Both the position numbers and the translations under genes were made by a program. Of a stretch of 64,000 nucleotides of DNA, positions 1-12,258 are shown in pieces. Every line of letters begins with the position of its first letter. Within the stretch, counting starts at the first letter, position 1. A model generated the notes under the pieces. That model ran no database searches, was not told the DNA's origin, and saw only the letters and a list, made by a program, of their open reading frames with translations. This DNA is from Eledone cirrhosa (Eukaryota): NCBI GenBank assembly GCA_964016885.1, contig OZ024741.1:221836001-221900000 (forward strand). The letters run 5' to 3'.

Positions 1-1232
1 TAAAGTTCTAGTATGTAGGAAGGAAAATAGGGCACTGGTCCCCTTTGGAAAATGGCCATGCTCAGTGTGTAGGAAAGGAGTAGGCAGAAACTCCATTTTA
101 TCTCCCAAATGCAAAGTATGGGTGCATAAAAGATGTAGTGGGATCACAAGTAAGCTAACTAAGAACATAGATTTTATATGTGGCCGGTGCTCAGGTGCAA
201 TAAGTAGTAGCAAGTGCCCACAGGATACTAGCTCATTCCATTGCCCAGATGGTTCTATAGAAATAGTGAACACCTTCCGTACCTGGGTGACAAAATCAGC
301 AGTGGTGGAGGGTGCTCTGAAACTACAGTAGCTAGAGTCAGAACGGGATGGAAAAAGTTCAGAGAGCTTATACCACTATTGGCCGCTAAAGGGTTCTCTC
401 TAAAAATGAAAGGCAGGCTGTATGATGCCTGCATACGAACAACAATGTTACATGGCAGTGAGACATGGGCATTGTGTGCAGAGGATCTACGCAGACTGGA
501 GAAGAACGAAGCTTGCATGCTCCGTTGGATGTGTAATAGTAATATATGTGATCGGCAAAGCATAAATGAATTAAGTGAGAAATTAGGAATAAGAGGAATC
601 AGATGCTGTTTACTCGAGAGAAGATTACGTTGGTATGGTCACGTGATGCGCATGAAAGCTGACAGCTGTATAAAAAAGTGCAGGGCGATCAAAATAGACG
701 GTAGCTACGGAGTAGGCAGACCCAGAAAAACCTGGGACGACTTGATAAATTCCGACCTTACACACTTACACCTCTCCAAGACAATGTCACTGGACTGAGA
801 TCTTTGGCGCTACACAGTAATACAGAAGACCCGCCTTGCCTAAGTACAAAGCGAAACCTACAGTCAGTAGGCACCTCTTAACCAAAATATACCCCCGTCC
901 CACTACCCCTATCCTCCCACCCCCATCTACACCACCTCTCTCGAAGTAACGTTATGTTGGTACCACAATATCCAGTCCTAAATAAATGGTCGTGTAGGTG
1001 TCACGACAAAAAAAACACACTGTCCACACTGTAATGTGGCCGTGTAGGTAACACGGTAAAAACCTCCCAGTCCACACTGTAAACGTGGTTGGTGTTAGGA
1101 AGGGTATCCAGCCATAGAAAACCTACCAGACAGTCCTACATGAGCAAGACAACCAATCTTGCCTCAAGTGGGACAATTCCCGTCTAAACCCAGGCTACCA
1201 TGGAAGATAGACGTTAAATGATGATGATGATT
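1..1232 (+). mobile_element. RTE-clade LINE, 3' part (PHD-like finger, C-terminus, 3' UTR, (GAT)n tail)
   Basis: ORFs 65..331 and 241..798 contain HGSETW, RRLRWYGHVMR and GRPRKTW; frameshifted; the tail ends about 65 bp from the LCMT2 stop. Confidence 0.9.
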
Positions 1233-1296
1233 ACATAAAAGTTACAGTAGAAATTTTATAATAACAAGTCAATGTGAAAATGATAATTGATTTTAT

Positions 1297-1473
1297 TTAA
1301 GGATAATCATTCATTTGAAAATATCTCAAATTTAATAAAAACATTGATTTGTTTAAATGTGTTCCAAAAGAGAAACAATTAGTACCGCCTCCGATAATTA
1401 ATAACTGTCCATCATCCAAGAGTTCCGTTTGATGACCATGTAGCATGATTAGTTCACCATTTTCACTCCAAAC
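1297..1473 (-). CDS. LCMT2: LCMT2/TYW4 exon 16, terminal (VWSENGELIMLHGHQT...IIGGGTNCFSFGTHLNK...NDYP*)
   Basis: GGG.NCFSFGT..N is the diagnostic TYW4 C-terminal motif; ctttcAG acceptor; TAA at 1297-1299. Confidence 0.95.
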   Translation of the reverse strand, partial: VWSENGELIMLHGHQTELLDDGQLLIIGGGTNCFSFGTHLNKSMFLLNLRYFQMNDYP

Positions 1474-1542
1474 CTGAAAGAATCAATTATATTTACAACA
1501 AAAAATGAAGAACAAATATAAAGCAGTTGCTTACTTACTTGC

Positions 1543-2105
1543 CCCCACCCCAGCCCTGATACACTTTACATGCCCAACCCATGAAAACTGAACACACTTC
1601 ACATCTGATCCCCCACAATGACAAAAAGCACAAAGTCCATGCAGTATGCTGATCTGCTGCCACAACAAAAGCACCCACTCCATCCTGTAATGTGGTTGTG
1701 TTGGTGATACAAGAAAAAGCACCCAGTCCACACTGTAAGGTGGTGGTGCTGGTGACACAACAGAAAAGTGCCTGTCTACACTGTAAGGTGGTCATGTTGG
1801 TGACACAACAAAAAGTACCAAGTCCATTCTGCAAGGTGGTTATGTTGGTGACATGACAAAAAGGGCCCAGTTCACCCAGTAAGGTGGTGGTCATTTCAGT
1901 CCCACAATAAAAAGCATCCAGTCCACACTGTAATGTGGTTAGTGTTAGGAAGGGCATCCAGCCATAGAAACCAAGCCAAAATACAAATCCATATGAGCAA
2001 AATGTGGTCTCCAGACCTAACTTGTCTTAAAATATGACAACCCGTCTAACCCATGCAAGCATGGAAAAATAGACGTTAAATGATGATGATGATGGTGATG
2101 ATGAC
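1543..2105 (+). mobile_element. RTE 3'-UTR-derived repeat with internal ~49-bp tandem units
   Basis: Repeated aaaagcacccagtccacactgtaa units, then ggtgttaggaagggcatccagc...catgcaagcatgg...(gat)n. Related copies occur at about 3120-3670, 17990-18250, 19700-19985, 22440-22730, 30345-30545, 30560-30860, 51630-51840 and 57045-57200. Confidence 0.75.
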
Positions 2106-5085
2106 AACTAGTAACCACTTGCTATAATAATATCATTGGTACAATATTACATGCACTCAATACATGTGTGCTACGTTTAATATTTCTGGTCTAGTAATAC
2201 AACACACTCCTCTTCACAGTGGAACTACTTTACACATGTATGTGTGTTGTGTCTAATATCTCTGGTGTTACTACACCAGAGATATTATGCACAGTGTACT
2301 CCTTTCTCACTTTTGGCACACCTGTCTTGATTATCCTTGCATCATATAACAGTTATTTATCAAGGAACACCATAGTATTGTATTAGCTAGAAACTATTTG
2401 CTTTTATAGAATAATACACTCATTACCAGATTTAGGTATGACCTAAAGAAGCTACAGCTTTGGGCTTGAAATATAAGGTAAATATTTTTAATTATTGTGA
2501 GACATTCTGGTGTAATTATTTTACAGGAGGGTCTCACTATATCTAAATCTGACACTGACTGAACTGGTATAAGGATAAAGATTCTCAGTAAAGTTCTAAC
2601 AATTCTGGGTCCAGAATATACAAGATAATATGAAAAATATCTGCCATTCTGCAGTCTTAACCTTTTTTCATATAAAACTGCCAGAAACTGACCCTGGTCC
2701 CATGATACAAAACTGTTTATATTTAACTAAATTCCTCCTATCATTATTTTATATAAGAACCTTTGTTAATTTATGTTCCAAACACCAACTTATAATATAA
2801 TCAAAGTTAGTTATATTACTAAACCCTCACCCTCAACAAATGCTTGATTATTTTCAAAATTATTTGAAAATCATAGACACTGGCTTTCATAAGACAAAAG
2901 TAATAAAAGGGTTAAGAAAATCAATACCTCACAATAACAAGAAATAGAATTGGAAAGAACTGTCAATAAAATCAATAAATCATGATTGTTTGTTAGTCTT
3001 CACTTCAATTTATTGTTCAAAACTCTAATACACATGTGACTATCTTGTTGAGATCTTGGAATATACTTGCAGTGTAGAAATGACTTTCCAGTTCTGTCAA
3101 GTATATGACAACCTCCCAAGTGCTAGTATCACAGTAAAATGCACAGTCCACTCAGTAAATTATATTGTCATTACCACAATAAAATGTACCCAGTACATTC
3201 TATAAAGTAGTAGTGCTAGTACTACAATAAAATACACCAAGTAGACTCTGTAGAGTGATAGTACTGGTGCTAAGATAAAACAGACCCAATACACTCTGTA
3301 AAGTGGTAGTGTCATGATAAAATACACCCAGCAGACTCTGTAAAGTAGTGGTGCTTGTGAACGATAAAATGCACCCAGTGGACTCTGTAAAATGATAGCA
3401 CTGGTACCACATTAAAATGCACCCAGTAGACTGTGAAATGATAGTGCTGGTGCCACAATAAAATGCACACTGTCCAGTCAGTAAGTGACAGTGCTGGTAC
3501 CATGATAAAGTGCACCCAGTCTACTCTGTAAAATGGTAGTGCTGGTGCCACAATAAAATGCACACTGTCCACTCAGTACCATGATAAAGTGCACCCAGTC
3601 CATCTAATCTCAAACCATAACAATCCATCCAACCCATGCCAGAATGGAAAACAAACATAAAATGATGAATCCACTTCAATACCATAAATATTTCAAACAT
3701 ATAAACAAACATAGTTCAGAATAATAAATTTTAGTCTTTAGGCTGTGTTTGATGTAAAAAAGATTTCTTAACACCTTTAATAACAATCTGACCAAAACAA
3801 GCTCTAATTCTATATAAAAACCATAGAGAAAGGTACAATTAAAGTGTTTCATATTCATATATATAGAGAGAGAGAGAGAAAGAGAGAATAGCAACGGACG
3901 CTGGTTTACACACACACACACACGCATACATATATATAAAGACAGAGACAGAGAGGGTGATTTTCACGTTCTTGATTGTTCTTCATTCTGTAGAGAAAGA
4001 GAGAGAGGGTATAAGAAAAAAGAAAAAGAGGGATGAGAGAAAGAGAGAGTGGTGATGAGAGAGAATAACAAAGAAAGAAAGTGTGGGGGATAACTTTTAT
4101 TTATTTAATCGTTACACACTGTTTAACTCTCCCGAGTGGCGGACTGGCCAGAGGGCCCACGGTAGCATTGCAGGAACCCACTGTAGAATATTAGGGGCCA
4201 ATGCTTTGCTTTCAAAAAATACCTGAAGTCTAAGAGAAAGAATAAATTTTTTTTTTAAATAAATAAAACAATTAAGCAAATTCAACCAATTCCCCAGGGA
4301 ATTAATAGAAACCAAAATATACAATAGTGCAAATAGCTGGAATTAGTGGTTGTACATTCTACTAAATGTAAAGTTTAGTGTATTCATTCTTGCGTACATA
4401 CATATATACATGGTGGCTGCCAACTCGTTTTCGAGTACGGCCACTACTTTATATCCATGTAGGAGAACCCCTACCGATGCGCTGAACGAGTGTGACTTTT
4501 TAGTCCAGCCAGCGACTTGAAAACTCTGGTACAAACACTACACTTGTGACAATTATTGACACATAGTGCTGGGCCCATGGTACCATGTTACAACAAGTGC
4601 AGAGAGATCTCCAGATATAAAGCAATGCCTGTGCCGTGAAGCTTTTATAGTGAGCAAAGGCACTGCACAAAGTCAGTCCCACTCTCTTAACCAAGATGAT
4701 ATTTACCAAAAAGAAGAACAAGTCAACATCATTGGATACCATCAGGGCTGCAGGTGTTATATCAGAGTTATATATATATAGATATATATATACACACAAG
4801 CATATATATAGATATATATATATACTTGCGCATACACACAAACTACTGACCAAATAATTTTTGGTATCAATGGGTTAAAGACATCTGTCAAATCAGTTAG
4901 TAGTGAAGCTGGTGGTGTATATATATATATATATATATAACCAAAGATTAGTATGGTTCATTGAATACTCAATGAATACAATTTTACAATAGATTAGAAG
5001 CACTCAACAGATTAAGTTTTCCTGGAGTTTTTAATATTATTCAAAATATTAACAAATGAAAAATATTCTCATAATCAAAATATAT

Positions 5086-5149
5086 ACTTTATTATATATA
5101 TTTCAAAGGTATGGTGTTGTTTTCTCAGTACGTCCTCATCAGACAAAAT
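5086..5149 (-). ncRNA. Minimal type I hammerhead ribozyme, left arm (sense to the LCMT2 pre-mRNA)
   Basis: Reverse-complement copy with intact CTGATGA and GAAA cores. Stem II has a few substitutions (CCATACCTTT). Confidence 0.65.
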
Positions 5150-6526
5150 ATATGATTTGATATATGACATACCGCTACGGTCTTGATTGTTCAATTCCAG
5201 TATTGGCAGTGATTTATTTCATCAAATCTCAATGTTTATATACCACAAATAATATGATAAACTTAAAGAAGAAAAGGACGTAGAGCAAATTAGAGATATG
5301 AGAGAGGGTGTAAAGAAGAGGAAAGGTAAGAAAAAAATAATAAATAAATACATACATAAATAGATGAATAAAAAATAAATGGATGAATGAGTAAAAGAAA
5401 TATATAAAAAAGAAAAGAGGAATAACGACAAAAGAGGGAAGGTGTGGGGAAAGTAAAGGGAACAGAGGGAGGTAAAGAAAATAAAGAAAAATATGGGAAC
5501 ATCAAATAGAGGGGGATAGAGAAAAAAACCGTTGTTTTCAAATGCTAGATCAAATAGGAAATCCAATCAATTCACGTAATCAATTGAATATCTTTTGTAT
5601 TTGATTATGCTTTAGCTAATTATACTTACATATTAAACCAAAATTAATCAGTATAGATTACTTTCTATAGCAATCACATATATAGTTTAATTAAAAATTT
5701 ATATAATTTAATTTAATTCATTATAGATTATTATTTTTAATTTTAAGGTAAGATATTCTATAAATAATTTGTTACAACTTTAAGATAAGAAATTTTCAAC
5801 TTCACTTTCACAATTAATATGGTCTTAAAAGGACAATAATATTAAATACTCCATCTCTTAGACCAAATTAAAGAATGCTACCCCATATCGGAACTCAACT
5901 ATTTCGCAAAATTGCAATATTTGTAACCTTGAGACTCTACAGATAATTACAAATTATGACAATTTAATCTACAAAAAGATGAATTATTTACTAATTGTCA
6001 CCATAAAATTGGTAAAACTTTCCAGGCAATGTACAAGTTTTCGAAAAATTTATGACAATTAATAGTTTAATATATATATAAGTTTTTGCCTTATTGTAGT
6101 AATAATTTATTGATATTTATATGCTTAGAATAATCTCATTAAGAGTCTTGTTATCCTATGTTTTGATTAGGACAGTTCAATATGTAACTAGACATCATTT
6201 ATGATATATACAATAGATGATTTACGGTTTTCGAAATATCGCAATATGAGAGTAGAGATATGTTATAAATGTTTGTATGGTGAATGAATTATCTTCTTTT
6301 TGTTTACATTGTCTGTAAAAATTTCTTTTCTTTTTGACTAGCTTGCTAAATTATATTACTAAGGGCGGTGCCCCAGCATGGCCTCAGCCGGATGGCTGAA
6401 ACAGGTAAAAGAGTAGATATGAAATATGTAGATTAATAATATATAGACTATCATTAAAAGGAAACTATATATCAAAATAAGTAAATACAGAAGTAAATAT
6501 AACCTATCATTAATTAATGTAACAAC

Positions 6527-6715
6527 AAGGGCGGTGGTTTGGCAGTATCGGTAGAGGGTCGGACAATATGCTTTGTAGCACAGAGTTACGCCCCTTTCTG
6601 ATCTGAGTTCAAATCCTGCCGAGGTTAACTTTGCCTTTCATCCTTACGGGGTCGATAAAATAAAGTACCAGTAATGCACTGAGTAATTGCTGGCCTTGTG
6701 CCAAGAGTAGAAACA
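6527..6715 (+). mobile_element. tRNA-derived SINE with an 18-bp target-site duplication
   Basis: A box (tggcagtatcgg), B box (gagttcaaatcc) and body ctttgcctttcatcc...ggggtcgataaaataaagtacc; TSD attaattaatgtaacaac. Confidence 0.88.
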
Positions 6716-7556
6716 ATTAATTAATGTAACAACTTTTGAGAGTAAATGGAACTGCAGTTTAATCCTAGGAATTAAAAGAAAATTAAAGAATAGTAAGATT
6801 TTATAAAGAGAATATCATAATAAAATAATTTGAGTAATAAATGATCAAAATATATTATAAGTATTGATGGTGATATATGCATGGTATTTGATTTTGATAC
6901 ATATTTAATAATTATTTAAATACACTTTAAAGATTAATTCTTTTAAAGTTGTAACAAAATATTTATAGAATATCTTACCTTAAAATTAAAAATAATAATT
7001 TATAATGAATTAAATTAAATTATATAAATTTTTAATTAAACTATATATGTGATTGCTATAGAAAGTAATCTATACTGATTAATTTTGGTTTAATATGTAA
7101 GTATAATTAGCTAAAGCATAATCAAATACAAAAGATATTCAATTGATTACGTGAATTGATTGGATTTCCTATTTGATCTAGCATTTGAAAACAACGGTTT
7201 TTTTTCTATCCCCCTCTATTTGATGTTCCCATATTTTTATTTACTTTCTTTACCCCCCTTTACTTTCCCCACACCTTCCCTCTTTTGTTGTTATTCCTCT
7301 TTTCCTTTTTATATATTTCTTTTACTCGTTCATCCATTTATTTTTTATTCATTTATCTATTTATGTATGTATACATTTATTATTTTTTTCTTGCCTTTCC
7401 TCTTCTTTACACCCTCTCTCATATCTTTAATTTGCTCTACGTCCTTTATCATATTATTTGTGGTATATAAACATTGAGATTTGATGAAATAAATCACTGC
7501 CAATACTGGAATTGAATAATCAAGACCGTAGCAGTATGTCATATATCAAATCATAT

Positions 7557-7620
7557 ATTTTGTCTGATGAGGACGTACTGAGAAAACAACACAGTACCTC
7601 TGAAATATATATAATAAAGT
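7557..7620 (+). ncRNA. Minimal type I hammerhead ribozyme, right arm
   Basis: attttgt-CTGATGA-GGACGTACTG[loop]CAGTACCTCT-GAAA-TATATA-TA-ataaagt: stem I, core, stem II, a short palindromic stem III and a UH site. Confidence 0.75.
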
Positions 7621-7802
7621 AAATATTTTGATTATGAGAATATTTTTCATTTGTTAATATTTTGAATAATATATATGTAAATGAGGTTGGTGTTAGGAAG
7701 GGCATCCAGCTGTAGAAATCAAGCCAAAATCAGTTCCCGTCCCACCCTTGCAAGCAGGGAAAAAGCGGACGTAAAATGAAATGAAAAATGAAATGAAATG
7801 AA

Positions 7803-7838
<36 letters not shown>

Positions 7839-7845
7839 CACACAA

Positions 7846-7878
<33 letters not shown>

Positions 7879-7886
7879 GTATATGT

Positions 7887-8322
7887 GTAATACAGAAGAC
7901 CGCGCTACACAGTAATACAGAAGACCCGCCTTGCCTAAGTACAAAGCGAAACCTACAGTCAGTAGGCACCTCTAACAAAAATACACCCCCGTACCACTAC
8001 CCCCACCCCATCCACACCAACCCTTTCAATGTAAAGTTATGTTGTTACCAGAACATCCAGTCATAAATAAATTAGGTCGTTTCAGTGTCACGGCAAAAAA
8101 ACACACAGTCCACGCTGTAATGTGGCCGTGTAGGTAACACAGTAAAAACCTCCCAGTCCACACTGTAAACGTGGTTGGTGTTAGGAAGGGCATCCAGCTG
8201 TAGAAAACCCGCCAGACCGTCCTATACGAGCAAGTCAACCAATCTTGCCTCAAGTGGGAAAACTCCCGTCCAAACCCATGCAAGCATGGAAGATGGACGT
8301 TAAACGATGATGATGATGATGA
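7887..8322 (+). mobile_element. RTE LINE 3' end
   Basis: Closely matches 812-1232; (GAT)n tail. Confidence 0.85.
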
Positions 8323-8342
8323 CATATATATATATACATACA

Positions 8343-8845
8343 CACACATATATATATATACAATGTCAATTAGATCCCTAGGGATTTTTTTACAAGTTGA
8401 AAACATGTTATGTATACATATATATAAATCTATATATATATATATATACACACATATATATATATACATACACACATATATATATATACAATGTCAATTA
8501 GATCCCTAGGGATTTTTTTACAAGTTGAAAACATGTTATGTATACATATATATAAATCTATATATATATATATACATACACACATATATATATATACATA
8601 CACACATATATATATATACAGTGTCAATTAGATCCCTAGGGATGTTTTTACAAGTTGAAAACATGTTATGTATACATATATATAAATCTCTATATATATA
8701 TATACATACACACATATATATATATACATACACACATATATATATATATATACAATGTCAATTAGATCCCTAGGGATTTTTTTACAAGTTGAAAACATGT
8801 TATGTATACATATATATAAATCTATATATATATACATGCACACAT
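8343..8845. repeat. Minisatellite, four copies of a ~130-bp unit embedded in (TA)n/(CA)n
   Basis: caatgtcaattagatccctagggatttttttacaagttgaaaacatgttatg recurs at about 8361, 8489, 8619 and 8753. Confidence 0.9.
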
Positions 8846-9185
8846 ATACACGTACTCCCATATATCATCATCATCATTTTTTGAAAATGTTATTTATCCA
8901 TTATAAAAATTAAATGATAGCATTCTATATGTAGGTGGGCCCCCTTCATCTCCTGACAACCAATATTTTTAGACACAGTCTGCCACTGACTCTCCCTCTT
9001 CCTCAACGTTACGTGTCTTTCTCTCTCTCTCTTTCACACAAGTCGTACTGGGATTGTCTGTGTATGTGTGCGCACGTGTGTGTGTGTGTCAGCGTTCTTA
9101 AATTAGAAACGTGTGTGTATATATACTTATGTTAGAAATACGTGTTTGATTGTCAAATATATATGGTTACATACACACACACACA

Positions 9186-10531
9186 TCATCATCATCATCA
9201 TCATCTTCGTTTAATGTCTATTTTCCACGCTAGCATGGGTTAGACGGGAGTTGTCCCACTTGAAGTAAGGCTGGTCGGGTGACCGTGTCTCGCTCATATA
9301 GGACTATCTGGCAGGTTTTCTACGGCTGGATGCCCTTCTTAACACCAACCACATTTACAGCGTGGACTGGGAACTTTTTACCATGTGACCTACACGGCCA
9401 CATTACAGCGTAGACTGTGTGTGTTTTTTGTCGTGACACCTACACGATCTCGATCTCATTATCTCATTTATTTGGACTGGATGTTGTGGTACCAACTTTA
9501 CAGAGAGAGGGTGGTGTTAGTGAGAAGATAGGGTAGGGGTAGGGGATTGGGGTGTATATTTGGTTAAGAGGTGCCTACTGACTAGGTTTCGCTTTGTACA
9601 TAGGCAAGGCGGGTCTTCTGTATTACTGCGTAGCGCCAAAGATCTCGGTCCAGAGACATTGTCTTAGAGAGATGTAAGTGTGTAAGGTCAGAATTTATCA
9701 GATCATCCCAGGTTTTTCTGGGTCTACCTACTCAGTAACTACCATCAATTTTGATCGCCCTGCACTTTTTTATGCAGCTGTCGTCTTTCATGCACATCAC
9801 GTGACCATACCAACGTAGTCTTCTCTCAAGTAAACAGCATCTGATCCCTCTTATTCCTAATTTCTCAGTTCATTCATGCTTTGCCGTTCACGTATATTAC
9901 TATTACACATCCAACGAAGCATGCATGCTTCGTTCCTTTCCAGTCTACGCAGGTCCTCTGCACGTAATGCCCATGTCTCACTGCCATGCAGCATTGCTGT
10001 TCATATACAAGCATCATACAATCTGCCTTTCATTTTTAAAATGAAACCTTTTGTGGCCAACAGCGGTATAAGCACTCTGAACTTTTTCCATCCCGTTCTG
10101 ACTCTGGCTACTGTTCTTTCAGAACACCCTCCACCACTGCTGATTTCGTCACCCAGGTAACGGAAGCTGTCCAATAGAAGGAGCTAGTATCCTGTGGGCA
10201 CTTGCTACTTATTGCTGAGCATTGGCCACATATAAAGTCTACGTTCTTAGATAGTTTACCTGTGATCCCACTACATCTTTTATGTACCCATACTTTGCAT
10301 TTGGGACATAAAATGGAATTTCTGCCTACTCCTTTCCTACACACTGAGCATGGCCATTTCCCTGAGGGCACATGTGCCCTATTTTCCTTTCTACAAACTA
10401 GAACTTTAGTCTTAGACAAGTTAACTTTAAGGCCTTTTGATTCTAGGCCATGCTTCCATGTTTCGAATTTCTTCTCTAGTTCAGCCATTGATTCAGCTAT
10501 GAGCGTTAGATCATCTGCGTATAGGAGTTCA
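9186..10531 (-). mobile_element. 5'-truncated RTE LINE
   Basis: ELLYADD, PHD-like finger and HGSETW on the minus strand; (CAT)n tail at 9186; same subfamily as 1-1232. Confidence 0.9.
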
Positions 10532-10635
10532 TGTGTGTGTGTGTGTGTGTGTATCACTGCCCTTAGGTTATGTGGGTGTGTGGGTGTGTGTAGACATTCC
10601 GCAACTTTACCTCTCCCTAACGTTAACGATATATA

Positions 10636-11250
10636 AATTAGAAACAAGCTTTGTATGTAGTAGATGTTCAGGGAAAATTAATTGTAGAAATGTCAGTGAT
10701 AAACAGATGTTTCAAATGCAGGTAGGATTTATAGAGGTGGTTGATAGCTTCCGATATCTGGGACAGGACGGAAGAAGTTTAGGGAGCTGCTTCCTCTGTT
10801 GACAACGAAAGCTTAGTTGTATGAAGCCTGTGTGAGATGTGCAATACTGCATGGTAGTGAGACATGGGCAGCAACTGCGGAGGATATGCAAAGGCTGGAG
10901 AAAATAAGCAAGTATACTCTGTTGGATGTGCAATGTCAATGTGCGTGAATGACCAAGTATGGATGAGTTGAGAGTGAAACTGTGTATAAAAGGAATAAAC
11001 TGCAGTGTGCAGGAGAAAAGACTGTTTGGGTATGGCCATGTGATGTGCATGGATGATGACCGCTGGATGAAGAAGTGCCAAGTAATCCCAGTGGAAGGAA
11101 AACGCAGTAGAGGAAGACCAGGAAAAACGTGGGTGGAGGTGGTGAGAGCTAACAAAGCTGACAGAGGAGATGACAAAGGAGCGTGACAAATGGAAAGATG
11201 CTGTGCAAGCAGGAAAAACGAATGGAAGAAGTTTGAGTGGGCCTTCACAA
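10636..11250 (+). mobile_element. Degraded RTE fragment (second subfamily)
   Basis: Similar to 16160-16800; RLFGYGHV and GRPGKTW motifs. Confidence 0.8.
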
Positions 11251-12074
11251 ACAAAGTCAGTACTCAGATGGGCTAGGGGCTCACAATTCGCTTAGATTCA
11301 ACAGTTTCTCCAACGAACAATAACATTTTCCTACACCTCACGTGTTGTATCATCTAAATGTGTCTCACTCACTGGATATACATTTCGTTACACCTTTCAT
11401 TTTCGGTAGCCATCTTGTCTCTTTCGTAATTTTTCCGCACAAAAGAAATATTTTCAACTTCAATTTCACCTTGTACTAGCACGTGTGTAGTGCACAATCT
11501 CACCCCACTGAGGTACACACGCTTTGCTATTTCTTTTCAAGGACTTCATCAGCCCAAGCTATTTTTTGTATTTGCCAGTAAAAAATTTGCGACATGTCGT
11601 AAATTGGGGTTAGTTACTGTGCATTTATCCTGCATGCTCGTTTCTATGGTCACAACTTCATCTAGACTCAAACAGATCAACGCTCAACTGCAACACTGAC
11701 AATCAATTTTGGCTGTTATTTCTAACACTTTGCGCAACAGTTTTTCTGGGATCTTCTAACTATGAATGAGTTGTTTCCCTTGAAACAACTTCGAAAAGGG
11801 CTATGTGAGACAACCAACAATTTCATCTTTGCTCTTCTCTCAACAACTTCAAACCAGCAGAACAACAAACAGAACTGAGAATCCTTCTTGCAGTCATCTT
11901 CCTGTGCGAAATTTCCACCATTCTCTTTGAAGGTTGGAAACTTCACGTTTTTCTCACAGTACAGAAACCACCTGCACACATTCTCTCTGGTCACGCACTT
12001 TTTCCTACAGTTTCCCTGCTGCAATTGTGCTACATTCCGGTGAACACTGTTTGAACTGTATTATTTTGTTCCTG

Positions 12075-12258
12075 GGCGGTGGATTGGCAGTATCAGTAGA
12101 GGGTCGGACGCCATGCTTTCCAGCATAGTTACGTCCCTTTACGATCTGAGTTCAAATCCCGCCGAGGTTGACTTTGCCCTTCATCCTTATGGGGTCGATA
12201 AAATAAAGTACCAGTAATGCACTGGGTAATTGCTGGCCTTGTGCCTAAAGTAGAAACA
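12075..12258 (+). mobile_element. tRNA-derived SINE with a 15-bp TSD
   Basis: Same family as 6527-6715; TSD attattttgttcctg. Older copies occur at about 20480, 25010, 41285, 41620 and 41840. Confidence 0.88.

Larger units (their letters stand above)
5034..7672. mobile_element. Penelope-like retroelement relic forming a ~750-bp inverted repeat (arms 5034-5783 and 6943-7672)
   Basis: The arms are near-perfect reverse complements and each has a hammerhead motif. A decayed GIY-YIG endonuclease C-terminus lies at about 5740-6030 (+): STSLSQLIWS*KDNNIKYSI...ATPY...CNICNLE...ELFTNCHH. Confidence 0.75.

Noticed and set aside
1-300. Match between the window start and 63741-64000 suggesting circularity or tandem duplication
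   Set aside because: The copies differ by substitutions and indels and are separate members of one high-copy RTE subfamily.
2926-3070. Possible extra LCMT2 exon near a GT donor
   Set aside because: It has an in-frame stop, and exons 15 and 16 already join in phase with a complete TYW4 C-terminus.
4135-4520. GC-richer patch with TIR-like ends (agtggcggactggcc; ccagccagcgact)
   Set aside because: I could not establish matching TIRs or a TSD. It is probably MITE debris but is unsupported.
6205-6250. Third hammerhead-like motif (agatga...cgaaa) in the foldback spacer
   Set aside because: The core is not CUGANGA and the stems do not pair.
6527-6625. tRNA genes
   Set aside because: The A/B boxes are SINE heads followed by a shared body and TSDs; no full cloverleaf forms.
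5222-7477. Hydrophobic Phe/Leu/Ile-rich ORFs (5222..5566 and 7160..7477) as duplicated membrane proteins
   Set aside because: They are low-complexity translations of the pyrimidine-rich inverted-repeat arms, and they differ by frameshifting indels.
8343-8845. Regularly spaced ~55-bp repeats resembling a CRISPR array
   Set aside because: The spacers are near-identical (TA)n/(CA)n microsatellite, the context is a eukaryotic intron and there are no cas genes. It is a minisatellite.
7693-9135. Ile/Tyr/Cys/Val-rich ORFs
   Set aside because: They are translations of (TA)n/(CA)n microsatellites.
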